From: Anthoceros angustus
Lineage: Eukaryota; Plantae; Anthocerotophyta
Length of the DNA stretch: 64,000 bases
Reading direction: 5' to 3'
Assembly: GCA_010909165.1 (NCBI GenBank)
Contig: MU008177.1
Span: 930,001-994,000, forward strand
Within the stretch, counting starts at the first letter, position 1. Each line of letters starts with the position of its first letter. The notes below the pieces were generated by a model. That model was not told the origin of the DNA. It did no database searches and was given only the letters and a program-made list of their open reading frames with translations. Shown here one piece after another: positions 1-12,600 of this stretch. A program made the position numbers and the translations under genes.

Positions 1-1005
1 AGATGAAATACATCCCACCAAGGAAGCTTTCTTGCGTACTACAAGCTAGAATACCATGTTGGCAATAAGTTTGGCCATTCAAAGCTCCTCCACCCCAACA
101 TGCAGTATTATTATCAAATTCGTAGCGAGAGAGATCTTTAATCGATTGGTGAGTTATATGATATATAGGAGCCATAAATACAACAATACATTTTTCAGTG
201 GTGATGAAAGAGGCACTTTTATTCCATCATCGTTTTCAAGCATATCTTGCACGGTAGCTCAAAGCTTACAGTTATAGTTCACGATTCTCTTATTAATATG
301 GCCTAAACATTTCCCATAAGTATTTTTTGCATTATTTTTGGCCAATAGAAATGGCATGCATCCTAGAGGTTGAACCTCTATTATGAAAAACTTCCGTGGT
401 CCTTTATTATAAAAGTATTGAATGATATCTCTAAATTCACATAGAATGTTGTCTTCAAATTGACCCACTTCATTAAATATTGTTTGATTATCGCTCATGT
501 AAATTTTCTTCCTCTCATTACTTCCCACTGAGACGTAAATTAGAGAATTAGCTAAATAGTTAGCATAAGTTTTGGATCGAGTTGACGAAGTTGAATTAAA
601 GAATCTTCTCTAAAAAACATAAATTGGTCTCTTAATGGTATAAGATCTCCATATGTTTTCTTATGTCACGAAAAATACCATATCTAATTGATCCAAAATT
701 AACACCCACTTTTGGATTGTTATTATCATGACTTAAAGAAGAGGGTGGAAGTTCACTCAAATTAAATTAAGATATTTTTGAGCTATAAAATCAATAAGAA
801 GAAAACCAAAGTATGTCGTCCAGTAGCTTTATGATGTATATGATGAATCTCCAAAAATATAAAAACCAGTAAAATTCTTGGCACTTGTGATACGATAGTG
901 ACTCAAAACAAACACAATACTCATCAAAAGGGGAACGTTCTTTATGATAATAAGACGGATTGATTTTATGGATCTTACAGTATTAGAATTCAAGTGCCTT
1001 GCCAT
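1..1005 (-). pseudogene. GDSL esterase/lipase pseudogene (AT-rich, stops and frameshifts, runs off the left edge)
   Basis: Minus strand reads FYIFGDSS (block I, ~841-870), KGPRKFFIIEVQPLGCMPFLL (ORF 259..528) and WWDVFH (block V, ~1-20). No continuous ORF. Confidence 0.8.
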
Positions 1006-3287
1006 CTAATAAACAATTTATAGCATACCCCGTAACGATATAGCTCTTTACTGGTCACGGACAAGAGAGCGCACTAGAGATCTATGCTTTTCGGGCATAG
1101 TCCTTATGCTCCCAGAAATATTCTCAAAGTAACTTTCCACTACGCTCTCTAACATAGACAACTTTCATACAAAAAAGCTTTTGATCTTCAATTCTTGGCC
1201 CTATTTAATTCTTGTAGGTTTGTTCTCAATTAGGATATGACTTGATAATTAACCTATCTCCCTGGAACCACACATCATGTATATTACCTTCCAAACCTTC
1301 CTCTCCAGGGATTGTATACAACTATTTGTAGCCATATGATTTACATGCAGCAATGAATCTAAACCCAGATTGATTTCAACTTTTTGAGTAGATTTAACAT
1401 TTTAGAGTTTTTGGTTGAAAGAGCATACGTTTTAAGGTAACTAGAGCTATGCAATTAATTCTCATGTATTATAATCACTTTGTGGAGAAAAACCCAGTTT
1501 TTTTAGTTATCTATTTTAGCATTAATATGTATAATAACTTCGATGTATTTCTTTCATGGAAATCTGTAGCCCAAATTCAAAGTTTGGACTCGGTGTGCGG
1601 TGCTGGTTTTTCCGGCTTGTTGTGATTTTGGATACTCTCCTATTCGTGCATAATCTTTTAGGGTGAGTGACTGATGTGTATTTTGACCTGATAACCTGAA
1701 ATTAATGACTTTTTATTAGCACGTTTTTCACAAGCGTTATGAACCCTTTCATGTGGTTTTTATGACGATGCCCATCACCTGGCGTCATAAAAGAGCGCGA
1801 TGTGGAGCTCGCCTGACAAAATCATCGACATCATTCATCGCCGTCCTGCAAGTTTGAAGCTCCAAGCTATCATGTGGCTTTCACGTTGACGACGGCAAAG
1901 CTCACTACTAGGTTGGCAGTTATTGCTAAAAAGAATGCTAATACCCTATTTGTAGTTTTATTTTCGCCTCAATCCGTCTCTTCAATGCGCTTTTTGCATC
2001 GCTCTTCATCCCTATTTGGACTCAGTCCTAACATCTGCAGGTCGGGAGAAAGCGAGCTGTAAGTCATGATCCCTTTACACTTGCTCGAGATCTGGCCCCG
2101 TTAACTTGCGCAGCATCCGGCACTTTATCGCGCTGAGACCTTGCTCGTTTAAAGTGCCGACTTGGACCGTATTATACGCATCCTCGTTATGGGGACTCAC
2201 TGGGGGCACTGCGGGGCACACTGCACCGTGTGAAATGAACGATGTCATGAGGCTGCGAACAGCGCGATTGTACTATTTTGAGTATTCTTGCGCTTCGTTA
2301 AAGCTCAGTGCCCAGTGCACTAGCTTATCGTCTCTGATGTGAAAGTCACATGAGAAAGTATCTGTTTCCAAGAGGAAGGCGGCTGATGCATAGCGAGATT
2401 TTGACCTCGGCGGACCGGGACTGGGAGGGGGCCCGACATGGTGACCACGGGTATGGAACGAAGATTGGATGATGGGACTTTACGCTTTGCGCTTTCTACT
2501 TCTTAGTTTTAGACCCTCTCTCAAGTCGTTTTGGGCTTTTATCTATTTTTCACTTAATATATTCATCAGCTAGTTTAATTCTCCAAAAACAAATATAAAA
2601 ATATTTAAAATTTATAAATAAATTTACAAATAAATATATTATTTATACATAATTTGAACCATAACCATATTAGATTAGCATGGAGTTCTTGCAAAGACGC
2701 CTACCTCACACAACTACGAAGAGACCATAAGAACTAAGCAGCCATTCCTACTAGATGGGGATCGAGAATCCGAGGTCTGGGCTTGTCACAATTTATATGT
2801 TATAATAACTATATATGCACCTTAATATGCTCAGTTTGCTGGAACTTTCACGGCCTGGACACGCGCACGTTTATGGTTTGGACACTTCGCAATGAGGCTG
2901 GATCCGCATTTGGACGCAAAACTTCTCCAAATCCTATCGAAAGGATAAGTGCCAGTCTGCTACAGCAACAAAGAGTAGGTCCTACCCGGAGGAGGTTTCG
3001 CAAGAGCGAATTGCCAAACTACCTTGTAGAGAGATATACTGGCCTGTGACTCGTCAGAATTCGGGAAATGCTCTCGACTCTTCGGTGTGAGGCTGTAAGC
3101 TTTGCGAAGCTTCTGAGCCTGTGAAGCTTGTGCCTGTGCGGTTAGCTGCTGTCTGCGTCTTGGGTTGTATTTTTGATTGGATGATTCCTGTCCTCACCTT
3201 GATCGTTTTGCTCACACAATTCTTTCACGGCGACTAGTTGTATGCCTTTGGCTAATTTGTAATTTGCTTGCTGGTATAGTGAGGAGG

Positions 3288-4888
3288 ATGGGTAGTCTGG
3301 GAAACGAGCTTAAGTCTGATGGAGTGGAGGAGCATGCAACCCATGAGCCCAATTTGGCGGCATTTGTGTTGGGCATTAATGAGCTGAAAATCCAGCCCTT
3401 CGAGCTCCCGTCTAGTCTTGGTGAGGGAGCATGCGAGCTTGTCCAGTTGGTGTTGTGGGTTCTGTGTTACGCTTGGTTTATGTCACAGGTGTATGTATTA
3501 CGTGGTGTTTGCAGGTGCTTACGAAGTGAGAGTGCGCGTAAAGGCAGTGGGAATTTGTGGTAGTGATGTGCACTATGTCAAGGTACTCATGGTTACAGCT
3601 TTCCTCAATGGCCATCAGCAAAACAAGAAGATTGCAGCTTTTTGTTCCTTGCTTCCCGTAACGCCTGCTTGTCAATGCTGCTGTGTGTATGTGGTTGCAG
3701 CATCTACGATGTGCCGATTTCATTGTCAAAGAGCCAATGGTCATCGGCCATGAGTGTGCTGGCATCGTGGACGAGGTTGGCAGCGCTGTGAAGCACTTGG
3801 CAGTTGGTGACCGTGTTGCCTTGGAGCCTGGCATCTCTTGTGGTCGCTGCTCTGTCTGTAAGCATGGCCAGTACAATCTGTGTCCGGAGATGAGGTTCTT
3901 TGCAACGCCACCGGTGCATGGGTCGTTAGCAAATAAGGTAAGGTACATGCTGTTTTGCTTCTTGTGCTCATTTCATGTTGTGCGGGATACTGATTTGCAG
4001 TCTTGCTCTTCTGGCAGGTGGTGCATCCTGCGGATTTATGTTTCAAGCTACCTGAAAATGTGTCACTGGAGGAAGGAGCGATGTGCGAGCCTCTGAGCGT
4101 GGGAGTGCATGCCTGCACTCGTGCTGCTGTTGGCCCTAACACTCGTGTGTTGATCATGGGTGCGGGACCAATTGGTCTTGTCACCATGCTTGCTGCTCGT
4201 GCCTTCGGGGCTCCTCGCATCATTCTCACTGATGTGGACCAGAAAAGGCTGGATATGGCAGTGGAACTGGGAGCTGATCACACTTTTCGGGTTTCAACTG
4301 ATCCAAAGGTGAACCACTAGTCATGTAACGTGACGTATCCATCCTTACAGTGTGCACCCGTGGAAATGGGGGTTTCTGATATCGTTCCTTGGTTTTGAGT
4401 GCAGGACGTCGAAAAGGAGGTGGCCTCCCTCCAGGCACTCATGGGGGCTCCTGTGGATGTAACTCTCGATTGTGTGGGCTTCACCAAAAGCATGTGTACA
4501 GCTCTCAAAGTCACCAGCTCTGGAGGGAAGGTCTGTCTTGTGGGCATGGGGCACAATGAAATGACCGTCCCTCTCACTCCTGCATCTGCTCGGTATGTCT
4601 GCTCCCCTTGGTCCGTCCTTCAACCTCGCTGAACGCAAGTACTGGATGCCATGCCTGCCAGTTCTAAAGCCACGCTTGTGCTCGGTTTCGTGCAGGGAAG
4701 TGGATATCCTTGGAGTGTTCAGATACCGAAACACGTACCCTCTGTGCATCGATCTACTGCAGAGCGGCCGCATCAACGTGCGTCCTCTAATCACGCACCG
4801 CTTTGGGTTCTCCCAAAAGGAGGTAGAAGAGGCATTCGCAACCAGTGCAGGAGGCGGGAATGCAATCAAGGTCATGTTCAATCTTTGA
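3288..4888 (+). CDS. SDH: Sorbitol dehydrogenase (Zn MDR family), 6 exons: ~3288-3420, 3515-3582, 3701-3937, 4018-4308, 4405-4592, 4696-4888
   Basis: GICGSDVHY, GHECAG, structural-Zn CGRCSVCKHGQYNLC, GAGPIG Rossmann motif and C-terminal AIKVMFNL, with GT-AG introns. Tyr in SDVHY is the class I SDH-type residue rather than the L-idonate dehydrogenase type. Confidence 0.93.
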
Positions 4889-5347
4889 GAATCCTAGGCA
4901 GAGGGATAGCTAATGTACCAGATTAGTTAACGAAAGCAGCAATTGTCCAGGGGGGAGACCCTCCATCCCTCCTTGTGAAACAAGGCACTGCGGTATGTTC
5001 GTCTGTTCGAGATATGAGTTGTTTCTTGCATCAACAAGCCAGCAGACATGACGGGAAGGGTGACGATGCTTGCTTGCATTGAGCCGTCTTAAACCACCTC
5101 GCCCCAGGGTGGATGCCCGGCAAACCCTCATGCTGCTGAAAGGAGTTGTAGAGGGCACACTGCCAAGCACACACCGACATGCCAAAAAGCTTAGGGCAGA
5201 AAATGGTCCTTCCTTAAAGGGACTTATCACAAGTGTTAATGGTACAGAGATAGGGCAGACACGGTCACCCAATGCAATAGTTGAATCGTTCCATCATCGG
5301 CCTGGAAATCCTGAAACCGGTCAGGATGTGGCCAATTCAAGAGCGAG

Positions 5348-6436
5348 CTACAACTCATTAGCCTTCCGTCGCAGCTCATTCAGCTCCTTGTCAATCTCGA
5401 AATCCTTGAAGGGATAAGCCGGTCTGCTGCTACTGGCAGGAGACCTACCCTCCGGCAGCTCCCCAGAGGGCTTGGACGTGCCAAGCACATCCCGCCTCAG
5501 AGCCGCGAGGTCATCATCCACCGTATCCAATTCAAGCTTGGAGAACTTGCTGGCTAGGTCATCCGTGGTGAGCTGGTCCAGGGACTCGGACTGGGCCTCC
5601 AGCGCCAGAACCTTCTCCTCCATCTTCTCGAACGCGGCCAGCGCGCTGCTGGTGTTGACGCTCCCGAGCATCTCATTCACCTTCTGCGAGGTCTTGGCAG
5701 ACTGCGCCCGCGCCTTGAGCGTGTCCTTCTTCGACTTAGCTTCCGAAATTTTGCTCTCCAGCAGCCTGGTATTCGCAATGAGCTTCTCCACCGTGCCCTT
5801 CTGCTGCTCCAGCTGCGCCTTGAGCCCCTTGGCGCTCTCCTCGTAGTCCTTCCTCCGCTTCAGCGCCTCCCGCGCCAGATCCTCCTCCCCCTTCTCCAGC
5901 GCCAGCTTGGCTCTCCTGTACCAGTCCTCCGCCGTCTGCGCGGCCGCCTGGTACTTGTTCTCCAGCAGCTTCTGCGACGCCAGCACCTGCGCCGTGGCCT
6001 GCCGCATCTTGGACAGGTCCTCCTGCATCTCCAGCACCGTCTGGTCCAGCAGCTTCTCGGGATCCTCCGCCGCGGTCACCACCGCATTGGCGTACGACCG
6101 GATGATCCTCCCAACCCGCTCGAAAATGTTCATGCTGGCCCCGAGCGCCCGCCCCGCTCCCGCCACCGGCCCCTCCCGGCCCAGCTTGAAACCGCCACGC
6201 CGCCATCCAAGAAGGCCGAATTCATGCCGCATCCCAGGAAGGACGTCCTGAGGGCCGCTCCTCTGGGACCCTGCCAACTCCGGCTGCTTCCCTGAAGCCT
6301 CCGCGGCTCTCACAGCCGGCAATCTGGCCACAGCCGCAGGCCTCGCGGATGAGCAGCTGGCGGACGCGGCCGCCGTCGCTCCGGCCAGGCCTGCCATTGC
6401 CGGCCTGCTGCAGGCTCCCACGCACAGCGCATCCAT
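5348..6436 (-). CDS. VIPP1: VIPP1/IM30 (PspA/ESCRT-III-like thylakoid membrane protein) with transit peptide, single exon
   Basis: 362-aa ORF with [16 protein letters not shown]...[43 protein letters not shown] and the VIPP-specific C-terminal helix [13 protein letters not shown]. Confidence 0.95.
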   Translation of the reverse strand: MDALCVGACSRPAMAGLAGATAAASASCSSARPAAVARLPAVRAAEASGKQPELAGSQRSGPQDVLPGMRHEFGLLGWRRGGFKLGREGPVAGAGRALGASMNIFERVGRIIRSYANAVVTAAEDPEKLLDQTVLEMQEDLSKMRQATAQVLASQKLLENKYQAAAQTAEDWYRRAKLALEKGEEDLAREALKRRKDYEESAKGLKAQLEQQKGTVEKLIANTRLLESKISEAKSKKDTLKARAQSAKTSQKVNEMLGSVNTSSALAAFEKMEEKVLALEAQSESLDQLTTDDLASKFSKLELDTVDDDLAALRRDVLGTSKPSGELPEGRSPASSSRPAYPFKDFEIDKELNELRRKANEL

Positions 6437-8421
6437 GCCTCCCCCAGGATGCGGATGTGCGCACCTTCACATTCACAAGCACTGCACTCCGCACCCCAGG
6501 GTTCCTCTTCTATCGCCGCTTGTAGTGACAGGCGCAGGCTTATCACCGGCTCTCGCCGGTTGTTCACATACTAATAGTGCTCACATTATCCTTCTCCATT
6601 CCGTTACCTATCCAAGTTGGTGCCCGACAGCACCTTGCACAATTCAATGAGATTTTATGAGGGAAAATAATGATGGGTTGGACCCTATTACCCAAGGGTG
6701 AGCTTGGTGGAAAAGGGGTTGATAAGAATGATAAGATAGGCTCCGACGAGTCCCATAACTTTCTTGCAAATTTTCAGTTTGTTGGGTCTAGGTCCGACGT
6801 CAGCAGGGGTTTGCTTCACTTCTCTCCCATTGATCAGCAGAGATTATGTGTCGATGAAGACATTGTGAGAATAGGTGACCTTGTGAGTTTAAGGGGTGCA
6901 CAAGCTTCTACCCCTTTTGTTTCTTCCATGTAATCCACAAACTATAGCTTGTTGGCCTTAGCATCTTATAACAAAGTTGCTTAGGAATGTAGAATATGCA
7001 AGTGCCCCAGTCCCATGCGGACATCTTCAACTCGGAAAGTTGTGCCTCTAAACGTCCTCGCAATGTCCGCTCCCCAATCTGAATATCATTTTACGCTTGC
7101 TGCTCGAGGCGCCCCACCATCGGCTTCACCTCCACAAATACATATACCTCAGACACGTCTGAATTCACAAAAAAAAATCAGTTGCTCACACGGTGTGGGC
7201 TATGGTGCAAAGAACAAGGTCTCCTTAGGAATAGTGATAGCTCCTGGTCACTACTTTGAAGGGTGAAAAAAAGGTCATAGGTTATACGAAAACCCTCTAA
7301 ATCCATATTTTCATAGTTTCATGGCAAAAATGAGCATTAGATCCGCGACTGAGAAGGATAATGTGAGCACGAACCAACCCCAAGGCAGCCTCCAACATCC
7401 AAACCAAACCAAACTTAAAAGAAGGCACATGTGGTTTGTTAGTGTCGTAATCAGTTACAGGACAAAAATACCCTTTGTACTATAATAACTGTCCAAACCA
7501 TTATGAGCTCTTGCCCGCATTTATTCCCTCTCTCAATCGCTCGTACGATGCGGCCGCTTTATGGTATCAGAGCCAACTTTGATCCTTGTACGAGCGATGC
7601 GTAGATTTAGTACATCATTCATGATACGTTTCATGCCATGCCGAGGCGTAGAGTGCACACTCGACGACAGGAAGGACCATTCTGAATTGAAAAAGCCCTT
7701 CACCTACCGCCAACCGGGGCTTTATTTGTTTCGATTGCCACGACAATCTGGTTTGCTCATCTGCAAACCCACTTGTGCATTGCGAGAACAAGTTGGATCG
7801 GCATTCTTGCATCAATCCCACATCTACAACTTTGGGATGGCGATCGAACCTGGTAAGAGTGCGCACTGCGCCATCGAGGCAAGATAAACTCCTGGCAGCA
7901 ATTATTCAAATCTAGATTTTACAAGACTTAGTTGATGGATTGAGCAACGACATTTAAAAATGGACATAATGTGCGAGGCACACATTCTCCACGAGCAGGC
8001 ACGTTTGCACAAACTGTTTGCTTCTCACCACGTGCAAGCGCACTGTTCTTGATGCTTGGTGTGCAGTGATCCCTCATGCAACCGAATCTCAGTGATGACG
8101 ATAATGACCTCGACCTGAATGGCTTGAGTTTCGGTAAAGATGCAGACAATCCTGTTGGTTTTGATGAGGGAGAGCTATCATCACATGCGTCGTCATCAAA
8201 TCCAGTCTCAGCTTTCAACTTCTTCAACCTTGGCGTTTTTCAAAGTGGCGGTGTTTTCCCTTGGAGTGGCCTTGAAGGACTCCGTCAAATTGGAATAGTT
8301 GGTGGTCAAGCTACAGGCGCTGAAAGTAGGGGATGAGGGAATCCTAATCCTCCTCCTCTTGGGATCCATCCACCATGATGACAAGCCTTTCTTTTGGAAC
8401 CCTCATGATTGAGTTCAAGGA

Positions 8422-8620
8422 CCGAGATAAGTTCAATGGCAGCAATTCCGAGATAAGTTCAATGGCAGCGATTCCGAACTCGGAAATTCGTACAAATTCT
8501 ACGTTGAAAATGTACGAGATCCCATCCCATTCCGAGATAAGTTCAATGGCAGCAATTCCGAGATAAGTTCAATGGCAGCGATTCCGAACTCGGAAATTCA
8601 CACAAATTCTACATTGAAAA
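8422..8620. repeat. Local tandem/direct duplications of CCGAGATAAGTTCAATGGCAGC(A/G)ATT (4 copies in two blocks)
   Basis: Seen directly, within the Copia gag start. Confidence 0.85.
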
Positions 8621-9149
8621 CACATAAGATCCCGCTCCCAAGGGTTTCTGTGTGAATTCCGACAGTTTGGAGGTTTGCACAAATTTTGTGTTGAAAATGG
8701 ATGAGATGATTGATCGACTTTGGGCAAAGTTTTGGCATCTAATCAGACCATCTTTTTCAGGTCCCTGTTCTCCCCTGTTGGACCCCATGCTTTATAAAAT
8801 TTGCGGGCTCATCTAATGGATCCTAATCCATAGACCTAAGTAAAAGATCTTGCACCATTTCATCAAAAGGGAACATGGTAGAATATGGACCCATCCCCAA
8901 GAGCAACTCAGTGACAGTAGTCTTCAATTGATTAGCAACAATAGCCGGGTTGCAGCAGTCAGGTTTCTTCTCTAGTTGCGATAGGACATGTATACTTGAC
9001 TTCAACAGCACAAAAATTGTCTCTTTGTGCTCTGAAGCTTGTCTTTTAAGATGCTGGTAGTGTGACCTTGTGAATGCATTTGGTTCTTCTTCACTCAACC
9101 TTGATTCAAGTTGAGCTTAGATAGATCTTTGTTGTCTGGCTCCATGACT

Positions 9150-9690
9150 TACCGCTCAAAGATCCGGCAGTTGGAGACCGTTGCGGATGTCCAGTACCGG
9201 CGCTTGCCACCAAGGGTCTAGTACCAACAATTGGTGACCGTTGCGCTTGTATACCACTAGCACTTGCCACCTGATGTCTACTGTGAGCAATTAGAGAGAG
9301 TTGTGTTTGTCCATTACCAGCACTCGCCACTTGATGTCCGATATCAGCAATTGGAGATTGCTACGGAGCTATCACACTTCCAGAGATCTGCCATTCAATG
9401 ATACCACCAGTTAAAATTGTTGTTGCACTTACACGTCGCTGATCGGAGCTTGCTAGTCTTTGTTGTGCAATGGCAACAGCAGGTATTTGTTGTGCAATGG
9501 TAGCAAAAGATCTCTGTTGTGCAATTGCAGCAGCAGGTCTTTGTTGTGCAATGGTAGCAACAGATCTCTGTAGTGCAATGGCAGCAGCAGGTCTTTGTTA
9601 TGCAATGGTAGCAACAAATCACTGGTTTGCAATGGTGGCAGCAGGTCTCTGTTGTGCAATAGCAGCAGATTCAAATTGCTGCATCTGCTG
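9150..9690 (-). repeat. Coding-type minisatellites: ~27-bp unit (QQRPAAAIA-like) at ~9455-9690 and ~60-bp unit (SPIAG..VASAG..QR) at ~9150-9370
   Basis: Unit lengths are multiples of 3, inside a decayed minus-strand ORF at ~8823-10080. Confidence 0.75.
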
Positions 9691-12600
9691 GTGCATCCGA
9701 TGCTGCTCAACAAGATGGCTAGATTCTTATGCGGCTTCAGGAGTTGGAGAATCTCCTCCCGCACAAGAGTCTATGAATAAATAGCGTTTGGCTAAGGAGA
9801 GCAAGGAAGAAGACCGATTTTCAGGATTTGGAAACAGGGGAGTCTCCCTCCAAGCGCAAGTGAACTTGAAGTCTCAACATCAACATCTTCAACTTGTTCC
9901 TTTCTTGATGCAGAATTTCTTCCTGTCGAAAATTGACGGCTTCGAGTTTGGACTGGACTGGACTGCTCTTGCCTTTTTCTTGTAAGCCTTGGCATCTTCA
10001 CAACAACAAACCAAATCAATACAAAAAGAGGCAAAAGGAGCATTCAACATTACGATAGCTATAATAAATGCTAGCACTGACCTCGAGATCTGGCACGTTG
10101 GTGAACCTTCCCCGATCAGATCGACTCCAAGGTTGATTTCACAGCTGCACCATGCAATTACGCTCCAACATACTTCTACTCAACGCACTCCCACTCCGGC
10201 GCACTCCCCCTCCAGAGCACTCCAAGCCGAGTCTTCGAGGCGAACCTTTGAAAGAAGCAGTGAAAATAGAGAGAGGAGAGCAAAGTAGGGGCGTGTTTCG
10301 GATGAAGGGCACACTTGAAAAAAAGGAGAAGGATTATACAAGCAGCAGGCGTGTTGTTGGATTGTCCAAAGATGACAGAATGTACAATTGATTTGGCCTC
10401 AACTTGGAGCCCCTCTTCAGTGGGGCTCCATATATGAAGATACTCCTAGCTCCCACTCCTTCTCAAATGGAGCCCATCTTCAGATGGGCTCCATATGAAG
10501 ATCCTTATATACAAGCAAGATGACGGAGGTATTGAAGAGCATGAGCGCCTTGCCCTATGCACCTCCTCTCTTTCCCCACATTGCCCTTTGTTGGGGTCAT
10601 CATGTTACCCTCAAGTTCCAAGCAAATTGATCTGTAATGGACAAGTGATGAGGACCTGCACCATTATGCAGTTGAACTGGCCATTGGGAACATACGGGAT
10701 CTTACTCCCTTTGAGAACATGCACACCAGATTGATTCCCAGTGCCATAAATGGAGCTCGCACCTGTAACTCTACTTTTACATCCACCTCCGATCCAAAGA
10801 AGATTTTGATGTCGTGCGAAGCTCTTGCATGACTTCCTTGTGTCGCGTTGTTGTCCCCACTAAATGGGGACAGGCTGGAAGTCATGTGATGCGAATGCAT
10901 GTATTGCGCGCAAGCTGAAGTATGTCAATACTTTTCCGGATGGTTGCAGCACCGGATCAATATAAAGATAGGAGTTTCTAAGCATTTCTTGTTATCCAAA
11001 ATCTTGGTGACGTATCTGGCAGCTAGGAGTAATGGTGATGGAAAAGTTGAGAAGGAGAACAACGGCAGGGTGAAGTATAGCACTCGGGTTGCAATTTTCC
11101 GGGACCGTGAGAAGGATAGGAGAGTCCGAATTATGAATGTAATTTTGACAGGTAGCTCTTGACCTCTTTCTTTTATGTTGTTGAGAATGTGTTCTATTTG
11201 TATTAAGGACGCTTCGGAGATGATTTATGGCCATGCATGACCTGTAATTATGTGCTTCTTCAATTAGTACTCCCAGCGGTTTGACCCAGGTTTTGGGGTG
11301 AATGTTCAGGTCTTTAGTGTGCAGCCTATCTATGCCCCCATGGCTAAAGTTCTATAACACAGAGTTTTCTCAGCTTGGAGGTATCCAAAGGCCTCCGATG
11401 GTCATGGACACACCTCTTCCTCCTCCTCTCCCACAACACATGTGAGCATCTTGGGGTAATATTGTGGCTTCTTAGAGGCTCTAACAATGCTGCTGACGTC
11501 CTACCATGGAAGCGAAAGGATCGTCGTGACATCAGCGAAGCTTTCTTCCTTAACAAAAGCACCGACCATACTTGCTGTTTGCCATTCTACTATTCAAATT
11601 CAGTCAGATGTGTGGTTTCTAGATTCTGGAGCCACTAGCCACATATGTTTTGATAGAGATGCTTTCTCCTCCTTTTAGCCTTCTTTTGATGACAAACAGT
11701 TTGTGTTGTTGGGTGATAATAATGGTTTAGCCATTAATGGCACAGACACAGTCTTGGTTGAGTTACCAGACTAGTCCACTCTCACTCTGTTAAGAGTGTT
11801 ATTTGTTCCTTCCATGACAAAAAATTTGCTTTGTTATCAAGCTTTCTCGAAAGCACTCTTGTCGTGTTTGTTTTGACCATGTTGGTGTTCTATCTCCCGT
11901 CTTTCGACTTGGGATGAGATGTTTAGTGGCACCCCTTATAATGATCTTTATTTATTAGAGGTTCATTCTTGTATACCAAAGCTTGCTACTCATGTTGCCC
12001 ACTCTTCTCATCTTTCTAATTCTCAGCTTTGGCACTATCATCTGGGCCATGTCAATTTGTAGCGGCTCTCAACCCTCCCCGCAGTGACAGTTTTATGGAC
12101 TCCCGAGCGTCCATGAGTTGCCCTCTCTTTCTCAAGTTGCCAGACGTCCGTGAGTTGCCCTTGTGCACTCGTTGTCCTCGTGGAAGTTCTGTTGGAGATG
12201 GACTGCTCGGGCATCCAGCGGGATTATGTCACACATGAGAGGGTGTGAGACCTAAAACAAACCGGATCGACCTCTTGTCCACAAGATCAGAAGCTGCCAC
12301 TCCTTTTGATGCCTGCCGGGTGCCAGGGAGACCACAAGACAAACAACACAGTTTTTGGCTTTCCATTTTGATCTAAGATTAGCAGCATATTATGCAGCAT
12401 TTCTTGTGTATCAGCAAAAAACATCCTTGTAACCTGCAAAGCCTAAGAGAAGGGACAAGCGCGAGGAGCGCGACAAAATCAGGCATGGTGGGATCGCAAC
12501 TATAGTGCAAAAGGAGGGAGGAGGAAGGGGACAAGGCGGCAATCTGGCTGTCGGTGGGTCAGGGCTTAAAAAGTAGGAGCCAGGCCATCGCCAATAAGCC

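Larger units (their letters stand above)
7437..12060 (+). mobile_element. Degenerate, interrupted Ty1/Copia element (PBS, gag start, protease, GAG-pre-integrase remnants); boundaries approximate
   Basis: tRNA-iMet PBS TGGTATCAGAGCC at 7562. EFKDRDKFNGSN (~8411) resembles the gag starts of the other Copias here. DVWFLDSGATSHIC at ~11607 and LWHYHLGHVN at ~12027. No 3' LTR found. Confidence 0.7.

Noticed and set aside
5472-6494. Several overlapping and antisense ORFs over VIPP1
   Set aside because: Expected by-products of GC-rich codon usage.
9395-9784. Cys-rich metallothionein-like ORFs (CCYHCTT..., GLCCAM...)
   Set aside because: They are shadow frames of the 27-bp minisatellite.
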